The notes beneath the pieces were generated by a model, which saw nothing but the letters and a program-made list of their open reading frames with translations, had not been told where the DNA came from and made no database searches. Shown here in pieces: positions 26,791-38,994 of a DNA stretch of 64,000 nt; the first letter of the stretch is position 1; every line of letters starts with the position of its first letter. Source of the DNA: Octopus vulgaris (taxonomy: Eukaryota); NCBI GenBank assembly GCA_951406725.2, contig OX597821.1:16058001-16122000 (forward strand), written 5' to 3'. Made by a program: the position numbers and the translations under genes.

Positions 26791-27248
26791 CTCCTCGAAT
26801 TGCTGACAAATATTGAAAATCAATATTTCTGTTTTGACGAAGATTACGACCTGGATAAAGTGTTATCTTGCAGAACAAATTGTTTAGCAGCAATTTTCTG
26901 GCTTTTCTTTACTGCCAGTGTTCAGATATCACAGAGATCGACTTTAAATTTCATCCTCTCTTGTCTAATGGGCTCAATATCATCGACAAGACCTACCGCA
27001 TGTCCATATAACTGGTGGCCTTCTGCCAAAATTAGAACGAATTATTAATTCCGACGTGAGTAGGTAATTAACTACATTAGCAGAGCTTCACGGAAGTGGA
27101 AGTGCATTTCACTTTTCAAAATTTCATTTCGAATATAACCGACGGGGATTTTAGTATTCATCTTTCATGCGTCGTTAAATTAATTGCCAATCCCATAATG
27201 GGATTCATATAAAATACACCACCTCGGTAATGTGATATTGTACCCATA

Positions 27249-27682
27249 GGCGCAGGAGTGGCTGTGTTGTAAGTAGCTTGCTAACCAACAATATGGTTCC
27301 GGGTTGAGTCCCACTGCGTGGCAACTTGGGCAAGTGTCTTCTGCTATAGCCCCGGGCCGACTAATGCCTTGTGAGTGGATTTGGTAGACGGAAACTGAAA
27401 GAAGCCTGTCGCATATATGTGTATATATATATAAGTGTGTGTGTATAAGTGTGTGTGTGTCTTTGTTTGTGCGTCTGTGTTTGTCCCCCTAGCATTGTTT
27501 GACAACCGATGCTGGTGTGTTTACGTCCCCGTCACTTAGCGGTTCGGCAAAAGAGACCGATAGAATAAGTACTGGGCTTACAAAGAATAAGTTCCGGGGT
27601 CGATTTGCTCGACTAAAGGCGGTGCTCCAGCATGGCCACAGTCAAATGACTGAAACAAGTAAAAGAGTAAAAGAGTAAAGAG
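27249..27682 (+). mobile_element. SINE family A, full length
   Basis: ggcgcaggagtggctg...gggcaagtgtcttctgctatagc...gactgaaacaagtaaaagagtaaaagag. Confidence 0.92.
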
Positions 27683-29324
27683 GTAAGCATCGAGTCGTAT
27701 TAGTAGACTCAGCTAGTCTAAGGTGAAATTACTACTAGTATTTAATTTCGAACCATCAATTTCTGATTTCAGATGCTCTCGATGTCAGCTTTGTGTTTCA
27801 CCACTACAGGAAGGTTGAAATAATGTACTACTGATGTACTGAGGCTGATTTAATTGACTATACCTATCCAATAATTGCAGACCCTATAATGTTTCAACGT
27901 AACATCATAACATCACTGACATGTCGACAATGATGGCGCTTTGAATAATCTCTATTCATCTTTCTGAAAATAACATGATGCGAACCTGATAAGATATGAA
28001 ATTCAGATAAAACATTTAACTATACAACCAAAGATATGATTTCTGTGTCAAGAATAAACCAGTAGATCTTGAGTCTTTGAATATTAGATGTCAACAACTT
28101 GAACTGACTATAGCATTATTAGATATTGTCCTCAGCTACGCAGCCATTGGCCCTGTGCAACATAGATTAACATTTCGATAAAACCGACTTGAAATACGTC
28201 ATAACCACTGCCAATGAGGAAAACTCTAGAGACCGCGTCAATCAGCAGAAATAGTAATCAAATCCTCTTCCTACTATATCTTAACTTCTGTAAAAGCAAT
28301 ACATGTTTTGAAAATCTCAGACATACTGAGAAATAGAGTAGAAATTACAACGGCTAGAACACAAATGACACTGTGTGGTATATGAGGAAAGAATTAGAGT
28401 CTCATGCAAGTATGAAAGGAGTCAGTCAGCATATGATAGTATGTGAAATAAGAGTCAGTATATAGTAGCAAGTGTATAACTCAAATGATCCAGTATCTCA
28501 TTGATACTAAGAGGGCAAAATATATACACGAAGCATAATTTTGATGGGGGCACACGAAGTACTTTTACACTGTGATACATGATTAAATTATGATGTATAT
28601 ACCATATTACACATTAATAAACTATAATGTACTTAACTACAGAAAATATATAGTCAGACTATCAAAGCTGTCAAGCGCAATGTTTCAGATATTTATTCCA
28701 CAACATTGTTTACAATGAGAACAGCAACACCACAATCGCTATCGATGTGTCGTATCAAACCAGACATTTATTGTAACTCTCTCTCTTTCACTCTCTCTAT
28801 CTCCCCCCTCCTCTCACTCTCTCTCTCTCACTCTCTCTCTCTCTCACGGTATGCATAATTTTATTGTACTTAACAAGAAAGACAATCTATTCTACTTCGG
28901 TACTATTGCAAAATTAATAATCAATAAATCTGTATTTACTCTACTCACTATAGTTGATTAGTTACTTTATTTCACAAGTGCACGATACACTCAAACAGTG
29001 TATGAATGTGTGGACATTTTAAAACTCAGTATGCACCAGCAAATACAGACAGGTAGATAAGGAGGTGACACTTGCCCTATTTTAATATATTTATATGCAT
29101 GGATAGGTATTGCCACGTTTCTCTTTGGTACTACATTAATTTTTGTTTTACTGTTCCTCTTACCATAATCCTCAGTTCTAAATATCATGAATTATAGTTA
29201 ACAATGTATTTACCATTTTGTCGCAGTTTTTTCCTCAGCGTAGGTCGGTTGCAATGAATTGCTCAGAGTACAAAAATCTAAATATCTTACACACATATGC
29301 ATACGCACACATACATGCGGGTAT

Positions 29325-29376
<52 letters not shown>

Positions 29377-29444
29377 GCTAGATATATATATATATAAACT
29401 TTCTTATATATATATATATATATATACATTATTTTTATATATAC

Positions 29445-29486
<42 letters not shown>

Positions 29487-29495
29487 GAATATATA

Positions 29496-29537
<42 letters not shown>

Positions 29538-29540
<3 letters not shown>

Positions 29541-29700
29541 GACGGGCTTCTTCTGGTTTTCCGTCTACCTAATCCAATCACAAGACTTTGGTCGGCCCGA
29601 AGCTATAGCGTACGACACATGCCGAAGATGCGACGCATTGGGTCTGAACCCGGAACCATGTGGTTGAGAAGCAAGTTTCTTATACACAGCCATTCCTACG
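29538..29700 (-). mobile_element. SINE family A, 5' half
   Basis: acgacgggcttc...cccggaaccatgtggttg...cacacagccattcct. Confidence 0.8.
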
Positions 29701-29715
29701 TCTGTATATACACAT

Positions 29716-29881
<166 letters not shown>

Positions 29882-29906
29882 TAATACATATGTCTATGTA
29901 TATACA

Positions 29907-30066
29907 GCAAAGGAAAGCTGCTGACCTCTCCTGTTCGATGGTTATAATGGACACAAGTTTGTGTATCACATGGCTAGCTAGAGGCGATGGCCTCTTGGAT
30001 CTAATCAACGGCAGCATTCGTCCTATTTTCCTGGACTACCATGTTAGCTTCGTGATAACTATTAAA
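29907..30066. repeat. Second copy of the unclassified 690-850 repeat
   Basis: Direct sequence similarity; abuts the PLE fragment. Confidence 0.7.
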
Positions 30067-30214
30067 ACTCAGATATCTCAAATTAAAGAAAGATTTACAA
30101 CCAAAAGCCCGACCATACATCTCCACACACAACCCGCTCAACAAGAAAGCCTTCGACACCATCCTGCAAAACATACCCCTTCTAAAAAAGGACCACAGAA
30201 TGAACTTAATCCTC

Positions 30215-30710
30215 TAAACACACACCATCATAGAAAGCAAGAGACAGCCTAAATCTATGAAATGTCTCCTAACACAATCCCGAATACGCTCAACAACACA
30301 GAAGCCGTCAGTAACAAAATGCGGAAGAACCAACTGTGGGATATGCGTGAATTTAATTGAGGGATCAGAGTTCTCCTTCAAACAGCGACAACGTTTCACA
30401 GTGAAAAGCAACTTTACATATGCTTTGGTTAACATGATATACGCACTAAGCTGCTCTGGGTGTCAAGAGCAATACATAGGCCAAACAAAAAACGGTCTAC
30501 GTAAAGAATGGCTCTGCACAGATTCTAGATCAAAATTCCCCAAAACAGAAAAGTAACTTTGAACCAACACATAGACATTTACGCCAATAACAAAAATCCA
30601 AGATTCAGAAGTTTTCCCCTCTACCAATTCAGGGACGATACAACGTGGAGCCAGCGAATTAGTAAAGAGATTCTCTTTAATACAAAATACAGATCCCTTT
30701 TGAAAGCGTC
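30215..30710 (+). pseudogene. GIY-YIG endonuclease domain of PLE ORF (frameshifted, internal stop)
   Basis: MIYALSCSGCQEQYIGQT motif in ORF 30257-30556, continued in ORF 30559-30747. Confidence 0.85.
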
Positions 30711-31111
30711 TACGACAGACGACGTATCCACCACGGCCTTAAAATAACACAAATATACACGCAAATATCAAAAAATAATACACTCAAGAGATTCACAAGT
30801 ATTCATTAAAAACAGTCCCAATCACTGCTATAATCCATAACGTGCCAATTTTATGTCATTTGAACATTTAAAACATTACTACTTTCACACTACCTACATT
30901 CCTTCTTATTCTCCCTTCTCTTTCTTCTTCTTTGTCTTCTTCCTTCTCCTTCCTATATTTACCACTATTGCTGTTTACAATAACACCTACACAAATTGAA
31001 CAAAGCATTCAAAAGAGATGTTTCATGAATTCAACAGTTACTACTACCATCCACAACGTCAATTTCGGGGCAGCTGACCATTCAACATACTACTGTCACG
31101 GCACTCCCACA

Positions 31112-31195
31112 TTCTTCTTCTCCTCCTCCTTCTTCTTCTTCTTCTTCTTCTTCTTCTTCTTCTTCTTCTTCTTCTTCTTCTTCTCCTCCTCCTCC

Positions 31196-31227
<32 letters not shown>

Positions 31228-31273
31228 CTCCTCCTCCTCCTCCTCCTCTTCCTCCTCCTCCTTCTTCTTCTTC
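31112..31273. repeat. (TTC)n/(TCC)n polypyrimidine tract inside the PLE 3' UTR
   Basis: Direct inspection; source of the poly-F/S/E/K ORFs. Confidence 0.95.
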
Positions 31274-31436
31274 CCTACCAAAAATTAACAACGACCTCGA
31301 ATCCACATGAGTAAACAAGAGAGACAGAGACAGGCAGAAACAAGGAAAATGCCACTTGTATTAGAAAACTATACAAATATTCTTTTAAAAAAACTTTTCT
31401 TCTAATTTTTCCAAATTTAATTGCTTTCCATACTTA

Positions 31437-31472
31437 CAGTTGAAAAAGTCTCAATGATTGAAACCGGTACTG
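31437..31472 (+). ncRNA. Minimal hammerhead motif with U3/A8 core variant
   Basis: cag-TTGAAAA-agtc tcaat gatt-GAAA-ccgg-TA-ctg. Palindromic ACCGGT stem III, at the 3' end of the PLE. Confidence 0.6.
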
Positions 31473-31714
31473 AAATGTTTTTTATAAAATCATTTTAGCA
31501 TTTTCTATCTTGCCTTTTTTCCATATATATATATATATTTCTGTCTATATAACTATATTCATCTATATAGTTAGAGAGAGAGATGGAGGCGGGAGATGAA
31601 TTGATAGATAGATAGATTGAGAGATAAATATTAATGTTTGTTCTTATGCTCAGTTATAATAAAAACATGTTTACATTAATCTGATGTGTTACACAATCAT
31701 TGTCATAATTGTTC

Positions 31715-31990
31715 GACTACCTTTCACAAGAGATGACACAGGTGGTAGTTTCCCATATATTTGCATTTTGGTTGGATGGCGCTTCCACGAGAGATTTTGA
31801 GCTCTCATAAGGAGGCGAGTTTAGGTTCCATCCAACTGCCTCTCAAGCTTCTTTGATAACGTCCAGGTTTCTGGGTCATATAGTAGAATTGGTTCGACTG
31901 TGGCTTTGAAGATTTCAAGTTTGAAGTCTCTACTTAGATTTGATGACCAGATCTTATGCATGTCATTACAGGCTGAGCAGGCCATACTCT
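31715..31990 (-). mobile_element. LINE (RTE/RTE-X-like) post-RT fragment
   Basis: ACSACNDMHKIWSSNLSRDFKLEIFKATVEPILLYDPETWTLSKKLERQLDGT*TRLLMRAQNLSWKRHPTKMQIYGKLPPVS. Confidence 0.85.
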
Positions 31991-32599
31991 ACAGATGTTA
32001 CACAATACATCTGTAGAGTACGAATATTTTATACGTATACAGCAATGTTGTTGACAGTGCCTTCCAACTTTCACCCAGTTAAGCCATCGTCTATATATAT
32101 GCATACATACATATATATACATGTATATACATATATATGTAAATATATATATATAAGTGTGTGTAACTGTGTTTGTGCATGTGTATATATGTATGTTTAT
32201 GATTGTATTCATACAGGTGGGAAAGGGAAACAAAGAGAGAGAGAGAGCGAGAGAGGGAGAGAATTTTAGACAGACAATGCAATGAAGTATATATTTTCAA
32301 TGTATTTACTTCATATTTACAGCTTCAGTTTAAAATCATTGATTTATATCACATAAACCTAATTGTAAGACATGTTTGGTATAGAGAATCACTCCCTCGG
32401 GAGCATCATTGCGGAATATGCGATGCTATAAATCTCTGTGGTACAGGGTGTCTTCCACTGTAACAAAACCTCGTCTACATGTATGTATGTATGTATGTAT
32501 GTATGTATGTATGTATGTATGTATGTATGTATGTATGTATGTATGTATGTATGTATGTATGTATGTATCTATGTATGTATGTATCTATCTATCTATCTA

Positions 32600-32681
<82 letters not shown>

Positions 32682-32778
32682 TGTTGAAACAAATAGTTGT
32701 CTGTTGTTCCGGTTGGCTACGCGAATAAACGTTTGTCATATCTGGCATATATATATATACACACACATATATATGCAT

Positions 32779-32823
<45 letters not shown>

Positions 32824-32967
32824 AGTAGTTGAATGAATTACCTTAGTATGGATAATTCGGTTAACCGATACCTGGGTAGCAATTTCACATCAGAAAAACA
32901 CGGATGTACCTACATGCCAAGGGCAGAGATCACGTGCTTTCGTGTGGAAATTTGTGTGTTTTTTTTA

Positions 32968-33301
32968 ATACAAATAAATGAAAGAATGGAGTTGAACGGC
33001 GATTTAACAAAATTCCTTTATTCTCGACATGTTTCGAAGGCTGCATATTCCTAATTTCGAAGGAATAAGGGGTGCATTATGCCGCCTTCTCATTATCGCT
33101 ATGGACTCCGTGTGGGCAGTCATCTAAGAGTTTTTGTTCATCTTGATGCTGACATAAGTTCCTTGTTTTTCCTGATGTGAAGGCGACATAATGCACCCCT
33201 TATTCCTTCGAAATTAGGAATATGCAGCCTTCGAAACATATGTCGAGAATAAAGGAATTTTGTTAAATCGTCGTTCAACTCCATTCTTTCATTATTTGTA
33301 T
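32968..33301 (+). mobile_element. Fold-back pseudo-LTR element with ~126-bp inverted arms
   Basis: 32968-33093 and 33175-33301 are inverted, with an ~80-nt spacer; the right end runs into (TA)n. Confidence 0.8.
33167..33249 (+). ncRNA. Type I hammerhead motif with long branched stem II (A9 mutated)
   Basis: ttttc-CTGATGT-gaaggc...gccttc-GAAA-catatg-TC-gagaa. The inverted copy reads ..ATGA-gaaggc..gccttc-GAAA-catg-TC-gagaa. Confidence 0.75.
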
Positions 33302-33726
33302 ATATATATATATTTGTAAAAAATGAAGTTCGAAAATGCTGCTGTATTATACAATTTTTAATTTTTATATATACATTATAACATGTTTCAGTTCCTGAAA
33401 TGAACCTTATCAAAAAAAGTTATATATAAAAAGAGACAGCTCATGCCGTCAAACACAAGAAATTCATTTATAATACACAACGGAGTCAGACATCTTAGAG
33501 TTCATGTATAGTTGATATATAGTTCATGTATAGTTGATATATAGTTTGAAGTATATTTCAAAGTGTTCGATGCAGTGGCCCACGGTGGCGATACGTATTC
33601 AATACAAAAAACAGATCAAAGTGGTGGAAAGCGGTCAATACAGAAGATTGATGTTTCCGAAAGAGCGAGGAATTCATTTTTACCTTAAGCAATTGTGATG
33701 ACCCATGGTGGAAGTTCGCTGGGTGG

Positions 33727-33765
<39 letters not shown>

Positions 33766-33791
33766 GCGTATACGTGCATGTAGATATATAT

Positions 33792-34182
33792 CTATAAGCC
33801 CGGCTTCACCCAATGTATTTGGATGATGTGGCTGTGATTCGGTTAGGCATAATCTATAACAGCGTTTGTCAACCTTATAATTTCGGGTCCCCTGTTTCGA
33901 TTGGAGCCTCCAACTATATGAAAATTTCCTGATCTCACCCCGTCGGAAAACAGCTTCTAAGCAAATGGTTGTTTTAATGGCAGAAGAAAGAGGGAATTTC
34001 TATTAGGAAAAGTTTTAATCGATTTTCTCGATAAGTATGCGGCGTAGTTAAACTGAATTCTAATCTAAGCACCTGTCTCTACATGAGTGCCATTTTTCAC
34101 GCAAATCCACCCAATCGTTTGGCTGGGAACTTCAAGACAAGAAAGAATATAACGATCGCCAATGTCCAATTTATATTATATA
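33792..34182 (-). mobile_element. Possible degenerate non-autonomous Helitron-like element
   Basis: Ends resemble 21172-21572 (gcccggcttcaccc near one end, tttatattatatata at the other), but the terminal CTAG is not intact. Confidence 0.3.
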
Positions 34183-34188
34183 TATTCT

Positions 34189-34402
34189 TTCTTTTATTAT
34201 TTTACTTGTTTCAGTCATTTTCACTACGGCCATGCTGGAGCACCGCCTTTAGTCGAGCAAATCGACCCCGGGACTTATTCTTTGAAAGCCCAGTACTTAT
34301 TCTATCGGTCTCGTTTGCCGAACCGCTAAGTGACGGGGACGTAAGCACACCAGCATCGGTTGTCAAGCAATGCCAGGGGGACAAACGCAGAAACACAAAC
34401 AT

Positions 34403-34457
<55 letters not shown>

Positions 34458-34598
34458 TACGACATGATTCTTTCAGTTTCCGTCTACCAAATCCACTCAC
34501 AAGGCATTGGTCGGCCCGAGGCTATAGCAGAAGACACTTGCCCAAGATGCCACGCAGTGGGACTGAATCGGAACCATGTGGTTGGTAAGCAAGCTACT

Positions 34599-34600
<2 letters not shown>
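34189..34600 (-). mobile_element. SINE family A, 5' end lost in (TA)n
   Basis: High similarity to 24180-24622. Confidence 0.9.
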
Positions 34601-34650
<50 letters not shown>

Positions 34651-34822
34651 CAAGGTATATATTATGGTCATTACATATTTTCCCTTTATTATAGTAGATT
34701 TGGCTCACAGCTGTTTACAGTAGACATTATATAGATGCATTACTCATAGGTTTACTCAACCAGTCTATTGATTAGTTGATATAAAATATGAATGCTCCTT
34801 CCATTGTATATATATATATATA

Positions 34823-34925
34823 TTGCTTCGGCAATACATATACTGAAATTGGAACGATACAGAGAAGATTAGCATGCCCCCTGCACAAGGATGACACGCA
34901 AATTCGTGAAGCGTTCCAAATTTTT
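34823..34925 (+). pseudogene. U6: U6 snRNA retro/pseudogene copy
   Basis: ttgcttcggcaatacatatactgaaattggaacgatACAGAGAagattAGCatgccccctgcacaaggatgacacgcaaattcgtgaagcgttccaaattttt. Lacks the first ~4 nt, has a few substitutions, is preceded by (TA)n and followed by A6. Confidence 0.95.
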
Positions 34926-35138
34926 AAAAAAGTATGGCGCAGGAGTGGCTGAGTGGTAAGTAGCTTGCTTACCAACAACATGCTTCCGGGTTCATTCCCA
35001 CTGCGTGGCACTTTGGGCAAGTGTCTTCTACTATAGCCTGGGGCCGACCAAAGCCTTAAAGAGTGGATTTGGTAGATGGAAACTAAAAGAAGCTCGTCGT
35101 ATATATGTATATATATATTTTTTTTATTTTATAGAAGG

Positions 35139-35189
35139 AGCTTCTACAGGACTAGAACTGTTTCATTCAAAAGAAATCATCAGGAAGCT
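35139..35189 (-). ncRNA. Type I hammerhead motif (left arm)
   Basis: Reverse complement of 36911-36961. Confidence 0.78.
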
Positions 35190-36910
35190 AGTAGACAAGA
35201 GTTGTTTTGGCATTTATACATTTAGGCAGGTTTAAATGGGTGGTGGTGGTGGACTTTTTTGGGGGGTAGGCATGGCGCAAAACTGTCATTATAAGGGGAG
35301 TGGTCAAAGGAATCGGTGGTAAAGTAGATAAAAGAATAAATAAAAGAATAAAAAAAAATATATATAAATAGAAAAATAGGGTTTTAGGCAAGCAGGGAGA
35401 CTCCCACTTGTACATCCACATATATATATATATATATACACATATATACACCCGCATATTCACATATATCTATACATATACATACATACCCACACATACA
35501 TACATATATATATATACATACATACACATACATATACACACATATATACATACATATATACATACATATATACATACATATATATATATATATATACATA
35601 CATACACATACATATACACACATATACATATACATACATATACACATATATATACACACACCCATGCACGCACACACAGACACACATATACATACACATA
35701 CATACATATATGTATACCCTCTCGCATATATTCACATTCACGTATATTCACATACACGCATACACATACATACCTCAACACACTCACAGAAGACCAGCCC
35801 ATACACATATATGTATGTATATGTATATGTATGTGTGTGTGTATATATGTGTGAATGTGTATGTGTATGTATATGTGTATGAGTATATATGTATATATAT
35901 ATGTGTATATGTGTATGTATATGTATGTATGTGTATGTGTGTGTGTATGTATATGTGTATATATATTGGTTGGTGTATGTGTATGGACTGGTCTTCTGTG
36001 AGTGTGTTGAGGTATGTATGTGTATGCGTGTATGTGAATATACGTGAATGTGTGTAGATGTATGCGTGTATGAATATAACACATGGACTGGTCTTCTGTG
36101 GGTGTGTTGGGGTGTGTGTGTGTGTGCGTGTATGTGGGTGTACGTGAGTGTATGTGGATGTGTGCGTGTATGGATGTGGCACGTACGTGTGTGTGCGTGT
36201 GGGTGTGTCGGCGTGGGTGGGCGCTTGCGTTCGTGTAGGTAAGTAGACGGATGGACGGAGTCTTTGGATCGTCCCTTGAGACCGATTGACCGGTCAAGAT
36301 GGAAGTAAAAACAGAGATATAGACAGGGGTAGTAATAATAAAATTAAAATGGGAGAGTAAGGGTGTGTGTGTGTGTGTGTGCATGTATGTGCATTTGTAT
36401 ATGTTTGTGCGAGTGGGTATACATATATGTATGTATGTGTATGTATATGTGTGTCTGTGTGTGCGTGCATGGGTGTGTGTATATATATGTGTATATGTAT
36501 GTATATGTATATGTGTGTATATGTATGTGTATGTATGTATATATATATATATGTATGTATATATGTATGTATATATGTGTGTATATGTATGTGTATGTAT
36601 GTATATATATATGTATGTATGTGTGGGTATGTATGTATATGTATAGATATATGTGAATATGCGGGTGTATATATGTGTATATATATATGTGTGTGGGAGT
36701 CTCCCTGCTTGCCTAAAACCCTATTTTTCTATTTATATTTTTTTATTTTTTATTCCTTTATTTATTCTTTTATCTACTTTACCACCGATTCCTTTGACCA
36801 CTCCCCTTATAATGACAGTTTTGCGCCATGCCTACCCCCCAAAAAGTCCCCCACCACCAGCCATTTAAACCTGCCTAAATGTATAAATGCCAAAACAACT
36901 CTTGTCTACT

Positions 36911-36961
36911 AGCTTCCTGATGATTTCTTTTGAATGAAACAGTTCTAGTCCTGTAGAAGCT
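36911..36961 (+). ncRNA. Type I hammerhead motif (right arm)
   Basis: agcttc-CTGATGA-tttc tttt gaat-GAAA-cag ttctagtc ctg-TA-gaagct. 6-bp stem I, GUA cut after 36955, unusual U.U at the base of stem II. Confidence 0.78.
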
Positions 36962-37046
36962 CCTTCTATAAAATAAATTAATTTACTCTGCTATGTATTG
37001 AGTACCTTATTTACTGTGGTTAACCCCGACTCAACCCGGGACCTAT

Positions 37047-37148
<102 letters not shown>

Positions 37149-38142
37149 GTATATGTTTGTGTGTCTGAGTTTGTACCCCTAGCATTGCTTGACAACCGAT
37201 GCTGGTGTGTTTATATCCCCGTAACTTAGCGATTCGGTAAAAGAGACCGATAGAATAAGTATTGGGCTTACAAATAATAAGTCCCGGGGTCGAGTTGCTC
37301 GACTAAAGGCGGTGCTCCAGCACGGCCGCAGTCAAATGACTGAAACAAGTAAAAGAATAAAGAGAGTATATATTTATTTATATACACCATAAAAAGCTAT
37401 TCGCAATGAAAGGGGAACATATTTATGTATTACCTTGTATGCGTACTTAAATTTCACTTATTGGTGCCGCCATGATGTTGAGGTGATCTGATTAGCTAGC
37501 TAATACTTTCTGCATTAATGCTTCATGTTTTATTATACCACTGCATTGTATAATGCGTAGCATGCATATTAGTGTCGGGTTCCAAAAGGAACGCATTATA
37601 AACAGGAATTATTATTACATAAAGAAGTTTAATTGCATAAATATGACATTTGGTTAAATGTATATAATCACCTCTCATGTCTCCTGACATTTGATGGTTT
37701 ATATACACCTCACGAAATAATTACCTAAATCACATACGGATTTCAGCTGATCGGAGTTTATCTGCATTTGATTACTATGTGGTCCAGTAGCCGAGTCCGC
37801 TATAGGAGTCTACTGAGATAGCCAAACGATACCGGGTATCTATATATTACATTACATGTGTCTGTGTGTGTCTTAATTCACGACAGGAATTAAGAGTGAA
37901 GGTACGGCATGAAAGTCCTTCATCCATCAAATACCAACAATTAAAGGATGATTAATGAAGGTGTAGCAACAACAGTTGGCTGTACCCCAGGATTCGCACA
38001 ACCCTTTTTGCTGAATCGACTAATAAAAAGATTTGTGCATGTACAGTGCGTATATTTATATATGTGAGTAATCGAATCTGTATATGTAATACTTATGATT
38101 ACATATATGAACATCCACGTGAACATTTATGCATGTTTATAT

Positions 38143-38201
<59 letters not shown>

Positions 38202-38207
38202 GATATA

Positions 38208-38273
<66 letters not shown>

Positions 38274-38403
38274 CAGCCGAATTTGCTAGGATGATCCGGT
38301 TCTTGACTGAAGATTGAAGGCTTCGAATGTTCCGTCCGTGTATTTTGTATCGTCTTCTAAATGCTTTGCGTTCTTGTCCCAGTTTGTATTTTTCTACATA
38401 TAA

Positions 38404-38489
<86 letters not shown>

Positions 38490-38789
38490 CTATGTGTGTG
38501 CGTGCGTGTATGCTATTTATACATGTTCGCTTTTCCCAATTCGAGTAAAATTTTAACTAGCTTGCTGCTTTATTGACATTTTTCCTACAACAAGTGCACC
38601 GCGTTTGTATTATTAAAAACTAAAGCCGTATTTCACAGGTTCACCCACACATGATATTGACTAAAAATGTATTTTTACGCACATTTATGTATACATAGCC
38701 ACACTGATAAACACATGTAGAAAAATACTGCACGAACTGTGGTCAATTTTTGTAGATTCATTTCTCAATAGATAGTACTGTTATCATGC

Positions 38790-38795
38790 CAGTGA

Positions 38796-38831
<36 letters not shown>

Positions 38832-38985
38832 CTGTTGTTGTTGTGGTGGTGGTGGCGGTGGTGGTGGCGGCGGTGGTGGTAGTCATTCTCGTCGTCGTCG
38901 TTGTCGTAGTAGTAGTAGAAGTTATTGTTGCTGTTGTTGTTGTTGCTGTTTGTTGTTCTTGTAGTGATGATTATGGTAGTAATAA
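38790..38985. repeat. Compound trinucleotide tract (GTA/GTT/GTG/GTC)n
   Basis: Direct inspection; explains the poly-V and poly-N/Y/H ORFs. Confidence 0.9.
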
Positions 38986-38994
38986 GCAATGAGT

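Larger units (their letters stand above)
30067..31522 (+). mobile_element. 5'-truncated Penelope-like retroelement (Neptune-type): thumb, Cys linker, GIY-YIG endonuclease, 3' UTR/pseudo-LTR
   Basis: [45 protein letters not shown], then after a frameshift RMALHR..NQHID..QRISKEILF. Followed by a pyrimidine-rich UTR, an HHR-like motif and (TA)n. Confidence 0.88.
35123..37043 (+). mobile_element. Large fold-back pseudo-LTR element with an HHR on both arms
   Basis: Inverted arms ~35123-35726 and ~36408-36977, nested inverted pair ~35731-35810 / ~35975-36052, unpaired tail 36978-37043. Confidence 0.8.

Noticed and set aside
30932-31318. Poly-F/S/E/K/G ORFs
   Set aside because: Translations of the (TTC)n/(TCC)n tract.
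34715-34760. Minus-strand aaa-cagctg-t palindromic stem III-like sequence
   Set aside because: Core too degenerate to call.
34772-35020. ORF containing WNASRICVSSLCRGHANLLCIVPI
   Set aside because: Antisense translation of the U6 copy plus the SINE head.
38300-38340. CTGAAGA followed by gaag/cttc and GAAT
   Set aside because: No GAAA-stem III-UH-stem I arrangement.
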